This document shows, piece by piece, positions 39,387 to 53,525 of a DNA stretch of 64,000 nt. The first letter of the stretch is position 1. Each line of letters begins with the position of its first letter. The position numbers and the translations under genes are program-made. Below the pieces are notes generated by a model, which saw only the letters and a program-made list of their open reading frames with translations, did no database searches and had not been told where the DNA came from. The DNA comes from Catajapyx aquilonaris (lineage: Eukaryota). The stretch lies in NCBI GenBank assembly GCA_000934665.2, contig KZ538073.1, positions 62,001 through 126,000 of the forward strand, written 5' to 3'.

Positions 39387-42300
39387 TTAGGATTTAGGCA
39401 GGTATCTCTTTAGAGACTTCTCGATGTTGAGGCGATGTCCAACTCGTGAGACACCCAAATGCAGAAGAGTGGCGTTGTCCATGGCCATAAGACGACGCCC
39501 ATCGATGCCCATCTCCTGGAATCTGGCTTTGTATTCAGGCATGAAGAGACTCTCCAGCCAGTCTCCAGTGTCGTAAGGTGTCCAGTCCCTGAGCGGCTTC
39601 CTCTGGAACTCTTTTGGAGGTGCCACCTTCAGACGGGCTGCTGCGGACTCAGTGGGTGCTGGATGATCACAAGTGTATGGAGGTCCGGTGCACTTTTTGG
39701 GAATGGTACCCACGATGCGAACAGTGGTGAACTTTCCTGATCCACAATCAGCTCCACTGCAGCACAGAGGAGGATTGTTGGAGGACATCTTATGGGATGG
39801 TCCCAGAGTTGCAGATTTGTTCATCATTTGTGGTGCGGCAGTCTGGGCCTTCCTGAGTGTTGAGGTTCTTGCTGCGACTTCTGCCTTGGTCATCTTACCA
39901 GTCAATCCGAGTTGAATGGTCATCCTGCTGCTTGGCTGTTGCTGAAGCTGTTGCAAGTGTTGTTGCTGCAGCTGTTGTTGTTGTTGTTGTTGTTGTTGCT
40001 GTTGTAAATGCTGCTGTTGGAGTAGCATCTGATGGTGGTGTTGAAGGAGTAGCAATTGTTGATGTTGCTGCAGCTGCTGTTGTTGCTGTCTCCTTGCAGC
40101 AGAATCGTCGCAGAATTCAGGGGGTGGTGCAAGAACTGATGGCATGATGGGGCCATGGTCACCCCCTGCATTTGGAGGCTCACCAAACTCTGGTGGCGGT
40201 GGAACAACAACGCCAGAAAATTCCTGCTGGAGATTGAGCGACTCGACGTGCATTTGAATGAGCTTAAGACTTTCTTCGATGCTTCGTTCAGCAGCGCTTG
40301 AGGTAGCAGCGCCTGCTTTTTTGGTTGCAGAGATCCGTTCCAAGTTTTTCAGTACAGCAGCAGGTGCGCTGCGAGTCATCATCTGGTGTCTTTCAGCTGC
40401 CGCGGTTGCGGCTGCTGCTGCCGTGGCTGCAGCTGCAGCACCAGCAATGCCTCTCCTTCGTAATGTTCCGGAGTCGACACTACTGGACATGTCATTCTCT
40501 GCATCAGTCTCTCCGGTCTCAATTGGTGGTGGAAGTTGTACCAAAGACACTGCGTTCTTGGTCAAAGTTCCTGTCCGTCGAGGAACATTATTTCCTGACC
40601 TCTCAACATCATCTTTCTTGTTGGCAACCACAACCGGGATTGTGACTGTTGCTGGCACAGGAGGAGGAGCTGCGGGAGGTGGTGGTGGCTTGTCCTCCGC
40701 ATCTGACTTGAGGATCCACGTGCGATCACTGGTGTCGTCAGAACTGTCTGATCGATCTGATGCAGCACTGACTGTACCTCCACCAGAAGTGTCATCAAAC
40801 CCTGTCGGAGGTGGTGGTCCTCCACTGGATCCTCCCGATGGAGCACTTCGGTCTTCAACTGGGAGGAATGTGACATAGTTTCCTTCATTCTGAATGTCCT
40901 GGTCTGAGCTAACCCCACTTGACGAATTGTCACCATCTTCCTGCAAGAAGTCATTGGGGTATGACTTGGAAATCTTTAATTGGCTCTTCACTTTTTGGAT
41001 TTCTTCAACTATGAGGCTGTGAGCTAACTGCGATCCAATAGAGTTTCGGTGGACTGGAGCCGCTGTGTTCTTGTTCTCTAAGTTTGGGCTGCTATTTTTC
41101 TTCACCAGCTGTGGTGACTGCTTCACCTCGATGCGTACCTTCTCCACTTTGGCTTCCTTCAGCACATCAGCACCACCGTTAGCAACCCTGACTTGCCTCT
41201 CTGCAACCTTCTGCGCTAGAACATCCTTGAAAAGTTCTTTGGATGGTGCTTCACCTTCTTTCCCAGCCTCACTTGACCATCTGCTAGATTCATCACTATC
41301 ACTGTAGTCTGGATCTGGAATGTGTGGTCCAGATTCATCACTACCAGTTGGTATGTAATTTGTGCCCTCACTCTTGGCTTCACCTTCCTCTGACGTGGCT
41401 GCAGCAGCCGCTGCCGCTGCAACACCATGAAACGGTTGAGCGTACGGATTGTTGCTGTTGGTGGTCTCTTCAGTTGACGGCTTGGTCTTGTCAGGTGACT
41501 TGAATGTGGTGTAAGCAGGAGGACCGCTTTTTTCTGAGTTGACGCTGGCCTGCTTTTGTACCTGCGGACGACTCCTGGGAGGAAGACTCTGCGACCTCCC
41601 TTTGGCAATCTTCTTTCCGCCATTGTCTGCTGGAGGTGTTCCAGTCGGAGTCCGGTACCCAACAGCCTTAACCTCCTCAGGGGATGCGTACAGTTTGGCA
41701 TTGTCCGATGGACGGAAGCTGGACATCACACCTCCTGGAAGCACCTCCTCCTCTTCCATGACTTCTTTAGGTGGAGCAGCATCCTTAGTGGGGCTCAGCA
41801 AGACATCAATATTGGCATATTCACCCTTGGAGCGAGATATGTCCACCTTGACCAGTTGTCCCACTGGTGGAGGCGGAGGTGGGTGTGTTGGCGGGGGCGG
41901 GTGCCCTCCACTGCTTCCTGCACTACCTGTCCTGCGTGGGAGTGACTGTGTCCTTGCACTTATTGGCCGCAGAGCCTTGGGTGGCATCCGGTACTCCCCA
42001 AGGACGCTATCATCTGCCCAAGTGACTCCAGTTGAGCAGGTGCCATTTGCTTCAACCACTGGTGTATTGGCATCTGAGTCATCCTCTCCTCCTCCGTACA
42101 TCTCCTCTATGTTTCTCCATGAATTGTGGTACTCAAAAGTGTCTGACTGGTCTCCAATGAGCCTCCTCAGGTTTCGAGGCGCACATGCCCAAGAGTGCCG
42201 TGAGTTACGGGCATTCAGTTGCAAGACGTTGATGTCTTCCTGGCTGTGACTCTTGCGCTTTTGGTTTTGGTTACTGCCATGAACAGGACTGGAGGTGGGT

Positions 42301-45300
42301 ATGCTCGCATTTAGATCCGGAGTGCTGTGGAAGTCTTTGTGGAGTTTGGCTAGGTCCAGCACACCCTGTTTACTGGCCTGAAATAAAATACACACAGTTA
42401 AGTAAATGAAATTACTTTTTTTTTTACATGTTTTTAAAGTAGTATGAACAGTACCTTGTATCTCTTCATCTCAGCTACACTGGCGTAAACCTTTGGCAAT
42501 CTTGGGCTTGACACTCCTGGTCCGCTACGTCCATCTGCAGCAGCCGAGCCTTGCCTTGCAAACAGCTCCTCCAGTTCTGCAGCTGTGATACGATTGGATG
42601 CAGGTCGAGATCGGATGGAGGCTGTCTTGAGAGGCAGGGGAGGAAGAGGCGGCTTCCCTGAGATCGAATCTACTGAACTACTCTTCAGGGTTGGGGATGA
42701 CGAGCCGGTTCCTCCTTCTTGCGGAGACTGCAGCACTGTCGCTTCTGCAGGGAGATGAGTCAAATGTTGAAATGTTCAAAGCAACTTGTGTGCAACTAAT
42801 GCCAAGTACTGTAAACAAAACTGACTCCCTGCTCAATAAGAAAGAGCGCTACGAGCAAAAATATGTACACAGTACGTCATCAACAGTCTGGTGCAATACA
42901 ATAACAAAAATGACAGTTCGTCAAAGTGGTCTACAAAAATAATTAATATAATTTTTTTTTCATGATGTGAAATAAAAAATGTCAGGCAGCCTACTCATTC
43001 ATTTACCAACAGTATGAAAATTCAATGATTTTTTTTACCCATATTTAAAAACACACATTTGGATTTTACTAGGTATGACAAATTAAACGCAAAATTGTAA
43101 GTAGGATACCTTTGTCACATAATAATAGATATAAAAAATTTTCAGAAAACGAAATTTGAGTCAGAATATATTGGTGTTAGTACCAAACCAAAAAGCGAGT
43201 GGTGTGAAAAACTGCACATACCTAGTTCGGACAGCCCAGCAACCATTGAGCGAGCTCTGGCCCGGCCAACACTGAGAGTGGTTTTGGGATCACGACGGGG
43301 AGGCAGGGGGGCAGGGAAACGACCTAGAATAGACAGTTTCCATGCAGAGCCAGGGCCAGATAACACTATGACAGAAGTAGAAGTGGGGGGTGGGCAGGTT
43401 AGATTTATGGGAGGATGGATGCACATGTTTTGATCAACATACTAAAAAAGTATCAATAGGAATTAAATGTGATTGGGAGGCACCAGTTGAACAGAACAAC
43501 TGAACAAACTAAAATGTGCACTGTAGTTATACTTGCGAGTGAATAAATGTCATGCAAGTGAACCAAGCCTTTGAGTGCAAAGGTTGATTTAAAGTGTCTA
43601 ATGTAAGAAATAATATGAGGAATTTTTGTAAAGGAAATAAAATACACACTAAATTGTAATAACTTTGTGTGGGTACAACGAAAACAATTCTAACTATTGT
43701 TGATGGGACTCCACAAGTAGGAATGATAACATCAAACAATAAACACATATATTCCACACTATAGTTATAAGAGTAACAGTTCCTTTTTATATAATATGTC
43801 AGCCAATAATCTTTTGGTAAATATGTTACTCTACATATTCACATTTAAATTAATGCAAATGTCACTTTTAAATTCTTTGGTAATGTTATAGAGTCCATGC
43901 TCACACAAATGCAACAAATCAGTTAGGTTTCTGATTATAACACATTAATATCAAATAATGTGATAAGGCTGACGTACCTGATCCTTTCCGAGGCAATGTT
44001 GCATACTGCTGGTTGAGACTAGCAGCTGCCGATCGACTCGGATTAAGTGTAGAAGGATTTACAGTCACCACGGTCATGGCAACCAGGTCTCCCGACTTCC
44101 TTATGAGATCCACAACATGTTCATGAGAAGCATGGGCTACGTCCTCAGCATTAATCTGAATAGGTTATTTATTTTAGACAAATGTTTTAAGAATGGCTTT
44201 GATATGGTAGGTGTTGTACATACAGCCAACAGGAAATCCCCTTTGCGCAGGCCACACATGTCAGCCACTCCACCTGGGTCTACATCATCAAGGTACTGCA
44301 ATGCAGGGCAGCGCTCCGAGGGTTGTAGCTCCATTAGAGGCGACGTTGCCTTGGCCCCACGCAACACAAATCCAAAGCCTTTCTTTCCCTTGTGAAGTAT
44401 AACCGTTCGAGGTTCACCCCACCTATGGATGAAATCGCTGTAACGGCTGAGGGGTCAGTTATTCTGCTCATTGTATCAATCGCGTCAAAAATAATTAATA
44501 AGAAAGTGAAACTCACATCTTCTTGATCCGTGGTGCAGTGGCAAACTGCTTGTAGATGAGTTCCCTCCTCCCCTGAACCCGAGCAGCATTTATCACACTG
44601 TGCCTGACAGACTCTGGGTTTCTGAGCCTTACTTCCTGGACACAATGCTGCGGAAACAATCCCACCTTCCCATGGATTGAGCCTTCTAGTAGACCAGTAT
44701 CAGTTACGCCTGTCACTGTAAAAAATTAGGATAGATTTAGAAATGTCACATTGCGAACAATGTGAATGTGTACCTTCAATAATGTCGCCTTGTGAGATCC
44801 GGAGATGTCCTGGAAGACTATTGCTGTAGTTTTCCAGACACACTACTGTCATTCCAGGAAGTATGAGACTCGAGTCTGTTGGAGTCGCATCGCAACTGCC
44901 AGCACTTCCGCCGCTGTTGGAGGTTCCAACTCCAGAGCTGTCGCTGATGATGTCACTTTGGTCCATGCTCTTGTCTGAAGGGTCACAATGACAAATATGT
45001 TGCTATTCCCTCAAAGTAATTGATTAAAACCCCTGCATTCAAATGCAACACCTGAGTAAATCCTTGCTTGTAATAAGAGTTTGCATAAAATTGCTGCAAC
45101 AAACTCTTACGTTTAAGATATAAAATACACACGAACAGGTATGATCAGCAGCATGTTTTGCACTATTTAATCACAAGCACCATGCTCTATGGCCTATCTT
45201 GGAATTATGTTTTAATAAAGCATTCCATGCACAAAAAATGAACATGCAAGAAGCACTTGTGGGATAGCGCATGCAAAAACAAGGATGTACTAGCTTTGAC

Positions 45301-48300
45301 AGAAACAACCAAAGGATCAAGGGGAAAAGCTCCTTCCAGATTTTCCTCACAAGCGAGATGCTGAAATAAAAGGAAATAGTTTTGGCTTGTTGATAGCAGT
45401 CGCCAGAAACCAAAGTGAATGCTCTCTCTCCTGTAACTGAAACACATCATCAGTGAACTGCCTAGAACAATTTTCTATTCCGAACGACATAGAAAACATG
45501 TTAAAATGTCACTAAGAAAAGTGCTTGCTTGCGAAGTATTTAGTCAAGCAGTCTGCGATGGCTTTTTTATTCATACCAAAACACACTCATTTCACAAGAA
45601 GTCAAAGCTAGTACTCTCCTATATTTTTATTCCACAAGTCACTCGTCCATAATGTACACCACCACCCTCTATTAGTACATCACCCGCTGTAGTACACCAA
45701 CACCATTGCTATTTGTTATCGCCATATCCTACGCAGCAATATAAAGAACACAATACTTGATCACAAATGGCCCATATTTACTCTTGCACCATGTCAAATC
45801 AAAATGTGTGAACCAATGGGGAAAAAAAACACTACAAATAAATAAAATTTTACTACCCAACTATAAGCAAAATTTTAAAATATGGCTGCATAGGATTTGA
45901 AGAGCAGGCATCATTACCACTGATATAGTGTCTGAAGATGAGCATTTGATTTGAGTGGGTAAGTGGATACTGGTGGTTTATTTTTTATACCTGTGACTAC
46001 ACTTCCAGATCCGAGCCCACTGGCACCGTCCTCACTCATGTCCTCTGCACTTGGTTGCGTGGTGCAGGTGGACCCACTCCCAGTACTGGCCTCGCTCAGG
46101 CTGGAAGCGGAGCTGAATGGGGGCAAGGATCGGTTGGACGGAGACGGTGAAGGAGGTTTGGTGCCGATGGAACCCCCACTTCCTCCCGGGCTCCCTCCAG
46201 GGTAGGTTGCACCCAGGGGCAGCTCCAGGCGGGGATCGGAGTGCGTGCGGGGCAAAGGCGCACCTGACGCTCTTCGACGAGGGTTGTACTTTGGGATCTC
46301 TCGAAATGGAACTGGAGGCAGGAGGATGGGACCATGGGAGTGATGGTCAAGTTTCATGAGAATTGTGTACCAATTGTTCATATTTTTTTTTGCCTTCTTC
46401 AATTCTTAACCCTACAGTGTGCATTAGTAATAAACAATTAAGTTCACTTAACGTTCCATGCTGTTAGCAAGTTTATCCCTTTCTGTTTAATTGATGTCAG
46501 ATGACACTAACAGATTGATAGCAAAATGCATGGAATCATTAGGTGAACTTAATGATACGAAACATATTCTGGACATGAAAAAAAATTAACTAAACAGCTT
46601 TGTACACCCTACAAAATTAGCGCACTTGGAGAGAACGTGATATCAGAACTGGTCCCACTCACAGTCACCACAACCTTCAAATAAATAACATTTTTTGTGG
46701 ATAATCTGGAAGGAGTGCAGTGGGTAAACAACATAAATTTAACTAAAAACATCAAAAGCGAAAAAGGTACTGTTGGCAACAAACTATCATAATTACAGTA
46801 ACTGTCTTCAAACAAACAAAAAAATTAAAAAAAGAGGGCATTTTTGTGCCACCACTAGGGACACTGACTAAACGACCTACTCACCTATATCCTCCATGCG
46901 ATGATTCTGGATAATCTCAGCTAATTCTAGGTTCCCTGCAATTACTGCCACCTGATAAGGAGTTTGATTGGCAAAGTTCAGGGCCTCCTTATCGGCGCCT
47001 CGGAAGAGTAGGAGTCTTGCACATGATTCCTGATTGTTCACTGCACACACGTGGAGGGAAGTGTTACCAGAGGCATTGCGAGCGTTCATGTCTGCGCCGT
47101 AGAACAAAAGGTGTTCCAGGTGTTGGACCAAACCATTGCGACATGCCTGGAAAACACAATCATTAAGGAATTTTGATCCATATACTGATGAATATGCAGA
47201 GAAATGTAAGAAATTTGCACTTTTTTTCAAGATGATACACCTGCCTTAGATGCCTAAATACACTGCTCTCACTAGAGAACAACACGTGAGGAAAGACATT
47301 ACAACTGTGCATTGTGCTTACATGAATGATATTTGTCACAGTTTATCTCACACAGACAAGGATTTCTCTGTACGTCAATCAGATTGTATAGTTGCCTTTT
47401 CTCATAATATTTACAGAAAATACAGGATCTACTGCAATAGCTCAAAAATTATCGCAAACTACTAAATAAAATCCAAATTGCAATTCTTTATAGCTTGTCA
47501 TATAATATATGATGTCAAGCAGTGTGAAATGACGTGAGTAAATATTATTTACTAACGTCATTTCACACTACTTGACGTCATATGATAGTGCTCTTATAGC
47601 TTCAATGATTTATTATTAACAAGAAAAGAGCACTAGGAATCACATAAAGAAGTAACATGATTCGCCTTAATGGCTCCTCACAAGGGCCTCTACATCTCAA
47701 AAAATTATACATTGAAATGTCGACAGCCACAATGTTATTATGTGACAGAATGACAACAGCAAAGGTTCAATATTAGAAGTTTTTGCTCTATCCAGGTAGG
47801 TATTTTAAAACATTGTCAAGATTGGCTTTATAAGCTATAATCTTCAAATAGATGATATGGATCGTTATAAATCACCTGATGGACTTCCTGCCATCCCTGA
47901 AGATCCTGTGCACCGATTGCTGCGTGATCGTGAAGCAAAGCCTCACAAAGCATAGGTTCGGTGGTGCATATAATGGAGAGGTAGAGCGGAGTCAGTCCCT
48001 TTCCGTCCTTGTAGTTCGGAGAGGCCCCAAGATCCAGAAGTGTCTTCACCGCCTCGAAGTTGTTCTTCTCGACTGACCTATGCATCGACGTGCTTCCATC
48101 TTTGGTGCGGTAGTCTAACAGGGCTCCTCCATTCACTAGTGCCATGAGAAGTTTGGAAGATTTCTTGGCTCCCGCAGCAATAGTCAATGGTGTCTCTGCC
48201 AATGGTGAAAAATGGAATATTAGAGACATGAACTTGCAATATATTTTTTTGTTGGAAACTTACCTCCAGTCTCTGGACAATGGAAGTTTGGGTCCAGCCC

Positions 48301-49927
48301 TTTTGAACACATTTTTGTCACTTTTTCTACATGGCAACTAGATACGTATTCGAGGAACCGTCGCAAGTTGGCCCGAGTGTGAAGAGCCTTCAACTGCTTC
48401 TCATCCAAATTTAACATTTTGTACACTCTGCGTTTGTACTTCAGCTGAAACCAATGCACAAAAGTTGTTGTCATCTTAGTACACAATGTCGCTTAAAGAT
48501 TGTTTGCTTACCTCTAGGTAACCGATTGGTCCATTGAATGGATAGTCAGAGAGCGGACGCTCTTCATCCAGAAACTTTCCTGCTTTGCCATTGGAAGGCG
48601 GGCAGAATAAGCCATAGTTGAAATTCTCCTTCAATTCCTGAAAATAATATTCAATGTCAAATAAAGCAGTACTTGCACATCTGTTGTTATAGAGAACAAT
48701 GACCCTGCGAGGTAGACTTCGTCAAAGACAATGTGCCATGCTGGGACGCCGAACACTCAGGTTAAATGATTTGCATTTTTATATCCTATTTATTAGATTT
48801 CTTGTCGAACATGAGAAGTTGAAGGGTAGCCCTGAAGGGTCAGGATAAAAATAAATCGACCACAATTACATCACTGATACTGAACCACGACATACGTGAT
48901 ATAACAGCAAGCAGCAGATAAGATACGCATTTCTCTCATTAATGCACAATTGACACAAGCAACACGACAGGTTTGCCCACTTCAAGACACGTCCATTCAT
49001 ACAATACGAAAAAAAAATTGCTAATTACGCACAACACATTAAAACAATTTCTCCCAGCCGTTGTCATTCTCAAGCACTTTAACACCCGGAAGAACATTAT
49101 CGCAAAAAAAAAAAAAGAAATCGAAAAAACGACAAGCTGTGCTCCAACTTGGACTGCCAAAAGGCGTGCCCTGGATGGTGAAGCAAAAAAAAAAGTGTTC
49201 AATCTGCGCTTGGCGAGAAGAAGTAAGATAAGAAAACCCTCCACCCCCTTGGTATATAGTCTGCACGGAAGCCCATTTCCCCCCGAAAAGCTTGGTAGAC
49301 CCTCAATTACCTTCCTCCACGCTCTTATTTCTGCCTGTTCGCAGGTAGGCCGAATGTGGACGCCCTTCCACAAGAAGTTACAAATAGCTCACGAATACAA
49401 AGCAATTTGCGTGAATAGATATGCTATTCCGGGAAGCGACCGCAAATACTCTGAAAGTTCTCGTTTTTATTACTGGAGCGAGAAATTCCATCGGCAGTCA
49501 ATTAATTCAAACATTTCAGTTGACACAATTGAGTGTCCTGATGTGGCATCCGACGTGAATGTGACTGACTGCTTCCTGACTTTCTGCTCACGTTCATTCG
49601 TGACTAGCCCACAGCCCCCATCACCAATTATCTAACTTTATCTTCAGGCCATGTGGTCACAACAAAGCACGACTTGTTAAGTCTCGAAGTTTGACAAATG
49701 TCGCGTTTGACATCTGATCTGGATTTTTTGGAGGGTGTGTGTTTACTATGTGATTGATATACCTTTGGCAGAGCAGCCAGACACTGCTGCTTGACGTCCC
49801 ATACGAGGTCATCACGATGGAATTGCAGGCACTTCTGGATGTTGAGCTCGGGCACGTGGACTCGGATCAGGACACTGCTGCCGTCCTCTCCTGTCCCGCT
49901 TCCGCCGCCAGAGGCCTCCTCCTCCAT
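39387..49927 (-). CDS. Shank: SH3 and multiple ankyrin repeat domains protein (Shank/Prosap)
   Basis: Phase-compatible exons: 49927(acceptor at 49953)-49763, 48637-48512, 48444-48264, 48195-47876, 47146-46885, 46311-45991, 44974-44774, 44715-44517, 44422-44224, 44155-43978, 43323-43222, 42744-42455, 42377-39387. Domain order is SPN/ubiquitin-like (NYGLFCPPSNGKAGKFLDEER), ankyrin repeats, SH3 (GKVGLFPQHCVQEV), PDZ (KGFGFVLRGAK), proline-rich region (PPPPEF), C-terminal SAM (VGHRLNIEKSLK). The CDS may start in a further upstream exon. Confidence 0.96.
39937..40088 (-). repeat. Coding CAG/CAA (polyQ/opa) repeat in the last Shank exon
   Basis: Translates to QQQQQLQQHQQ...QQQQQQQQQQQLQQQHLQQLQQQ. 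Confidence 0.92.
47497..47593. mobile_element. Palindromic MITE-like insertion in a Shank intron with a candidate 9-bp target-site duplication
   Basis: 38-bp arms (47507-47544 / 47546-47583) with 3 mismatches, flanked by the direct repeat TTATAGCTT at 47488-47496 and 47594-47602. Confidence 0.6.
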
Positions 49928-52900
49928 GACCCTCAAACCTGTCACACCGACATCTGGAAATAAACAAGACACCAAATTAATATATCAAACCCCTGCCAAA
50001 ATGTCAAGAAAATCATCAAATCAGACAGTTCTAATATACCCAATCTGATTGTGGTTGACAGGTCTACCAGCCTGGCTATATAAAAACACGATTACTTTCA
50101 ATCTATACGATATAGTTTATTACTACAAAATGCTGGAGTTGCTTTCACATCCACCACTGTAACCGCCGAATGGTCACGCTCTACCAGACTCAATACAGCA
50201 ATGTCCTAGAGGCGATAAGTCCGATCGAAATCGAACAATGCGGTGAAACATTCATTTCACATTTCTCCGCTAACAATGCAATGGCAGAAATCCAACTCAC
50301 ACTTTTTTTTTCTTTAAAAAAATCGTATAAAAAAAGAGAAAAACCTCCACACCAGAGACGTGAACCGGATGTCAAAATTGTCTCCACCCCCCTCCAGACA
50401 AACTGTCCTAATAACCAATGATGTGGCAGAATGCTCCAAAAATATTGTCCACCCAACCCCTCCAACAAAAGAGGGGGGGGGGGGGAGAAATCAATTTTGG
50501 GCAGCGATTATCCTGCTCCTAGTACGACCTATAATTTTTTTTTTCTTCTGCTGGAGATATTCCTTCCCATCTCCAGGATTTTCTTTGCCCCATTCCCCTC
50601 TCTGGTCTGGAATCAATATCCCTCAAAAAATCTCAGGGAAGAACCCAGGAAATGCGGCCTTCAGAAAAGGAGAGGCAGCTGCTTCAGATGCCTTCGTTTT
50701 GAAACCGAATTAAAGGAAAAAAATATAGGTTTGGACTCTGAAGAAAAAAAATGTGGTATGTTCAGATGCGGCACATTCACATCTATTGCGTCCCCACCCC
50801 AGCAAACTTTTGGCTCTCATTGATTTTGACAGCTGCAACCGGACAAGGACCATTAAAGTAAATGTCTTCCATCGCAAGGGGAGAATCTGTCCTATTGGAG
50901 CCCAGGAAGAGTGTCATCAACTTCACACTTTGTGTCAACTGCTTGCAGGGAACAATATTTTTTTTTAAACACGCCTCATATATAGCTACCGCATTTGAAG
51001 TTTCAGAGTTCAATCCCTTTTCGAAGGGGGGGAAAAAATCGACCTGTACTTGCGGCTCTCTATTTTCCGTCTAGCACTAATTTTCCCCGAGCTAGGCCTC
51101 GCCGTCTATTCACATTAAGCCGACACTTTATGGCTGGAGTTCCCGAGCTTGCTTCGACACTTAATTGAATAATGGAAATCTCATCAGTGGCCTAGGTAAT
51201 TGGCTCTACCGAGCAAAAAGTGACATTATAACGCTACCTACAGCTAAAATGTTCTAGCCAGGGGAAAGTTCTTTGTCATCTTTCGATATATGCGAACTCT
51301 CGTTAAAAAAAAAATCAAACAGACCAATATGGCTACTGCCCTAAATTCTCATTTTAATGACCGCAGAGGGCTAACCATCCTCAGAATTTAGGGCAACCGA
51401 CGCTATCGTCATTGCCTCTTACAACGCCCATTATCATTTAGAGGGAGGAAATGTAAAAGCATTTTAGTAGACGAGCTTCTCTTTGCTTAGACTGCCCCAG
51501 TTTTGCAAGCAAAAATGGGCGAAAAGTTGAGAAGGAAAAAAAACAACATCACGACGACAACTTTCCGGCAGGTTTGGTTAAACCGTGACTTTGTGGTGAT
51601 TCTTCTCGGTTTTGTGTTACATTTTTTTATATTTACTGGTGAGAAGTACGCAACTTCAAGCTCCTTTTTTGCACGAACACAGAAGAATTCGCTTAATTGC
51701 ATAGCACTCTAGAAATTTAACTTACGCTTGTGACACTATGAAGGCTGAACATATTATTAGTACAGATTCTACCATATTTTTTTAAATATGTCAGTATCTA
51801 ATGGCTTTCATTGATTTACACGCTTGCAAGCATGACATTATCTATACCGCTAATCGCATCGTATAATAATGCAGAAACTGGGTGGACAGTTCCGACACTT
51901 ATTGAATCATCCTACATCATCTGATTTGCAAAACAATTAGTGGTCCCTTCGTCCTTGTTACATACTTACAAGTGATGCTCTCTGCCTATTTTGCTTAGGC
52001 GAAAAAAAAGTGACCCTGCACATAACACGTCGAGCAGGAGTAGCCCCCAAAAGTGCTATACACGCTTCATTTGGCATAGGGACTTGGCTTGCAATTTGAA
52101 AATGTCAACTCCACCTGAAGACAAGTTCTCCTACTATCCAAATGAGCGCCCACGTGTATTTTATCCAGTCTCCCGATTTTTTTGTAAAGCAGTGGAGGCA
52201 GTGAACGAAGGACGGTGGGGTGGAGGACCATACTCAACCTTGGCTACCATCGCCACACCCTCCCCTTTTCATAATGAATTATCCCTATGCAGTGTTATTA
52301 AGATCAACCTTCTTTCTAACTCTCATCTTACAGGTCACGTCCATCCTCCCCAGATTTGGACTCCTATTATTACAATGCAACTTCATTCATGAGCCCTTCT
52401 GGCATACCGTGAGCCGCTCCCAGAAATAGATTCGTCCTAGTGCTATTTAATTCATGGGCTTCAAAAGCCCGACATGGACAATACAGCAAGTTGAGATTAA
52501 TTATAGAAATGTGGCCCGCCATTTTCAACCATAATGCAAATTTTCGGGGTGCCCGCCCCCAGGAGACAAACATTCTGCTCCAGAAGCCCGCAGTCACAAT
52601 TTGTCGAGCTCGACTAATTCGCATTGTTTCCGATATCCCGACCGAGGAAAGGAGGTTTTTGCTTATATATTCCAAACCGTATAGACCCCAAGGGCCCCGT
52701 TCTTTGGATCTTGAGCAACCGTATTTGGCGCGACTAAAACTGACTTCCGCCTTTGGAAAAACCCTCCCAACGTTTTCAATGAATCTGAATCCATCCATGG
52801 AGCCGTATAATATCCAAGCGGGACTCCTGTGGAAGGAAAATGGAAGAAGATTCCTTTTGCCCTCCTTTTTTTTTTCTTGGTTCCGAGTCCCTCAAGCGGC

Positions 52901-53229
52901 AAAAAGAGACAGATCCAACTTGCTGGCTCCAACAAGAGACTAGACGAGCGAAGGCTTCTTCGACTCAACAAAATCCCCTAGACTTGCTTTCCTTATCTCG
53001 TTGCAGCCTCCCCTATGTGCACGAGAGGAAATCTTTGATACTATCAATTGAGAAGCGTTTTTTTTTGTGTGTGAGAGAGGGAAAAAAGCTGCTGGGTAAT
53101 GCCGATTCTAAGAGGGGGAAAAAAGGTAATTCTTGTGGAGTTAATATGATCTGCATTCTAAAATACTTTTGCTGGAAAGTGGAAACGACATTCAAATCGT
53201 GAGCGATGTTTCCGTAGCGGAAATGTAAA

Positions 53230-53525
53230 TCCAACTATCTAAAAATGTTCGAGTGAAGATTTCACTCAAAAAAGGAGCAACTTTGCAAAATGATATTTTC
53301 ACTGAGGAAATACTTACTTTAACTCTAATCGAGTGGAAAATTACTCGAGAAAAGAGTGAAAATAAGTGGCAGACTCAATTTGAGTGAAATGATTATTCAT
53401 TCTGAATAAAAAAGTTTCACTCAAGTTATCGAGTGAAAATCACTCAAATGGAGTGGAATAACGCGATTTTTTAAGAGTGAACTTGGAATGGCGCACTGAT
53501 CCAAATGGACTGATTTTTCACTCCA
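53230..53525. repeat. Cluster of GAGTG(A/G)A / TTCACTC motifs in both orientations; possible decayed MITE
   Basis: More than ten short motif copies in ~300 bp, with a TTTTTTAAGAGTG end-like sequence near 53480. Confidence 0.45.

Noticed and set aside
27885..42249. Long plus-strand ORFs opposite the ankyrin/glycine-rich genes and Shank
   Set aside because: These are antisense shadows of real coding sequence, caused by codon bias.
45171..45432. Possible alternative terminal exon of Shank (acceptor-like TTTCAGTTACAG)
   Set aside because: The translation has no recognisable motif, and it cannot be supported without transcript data.
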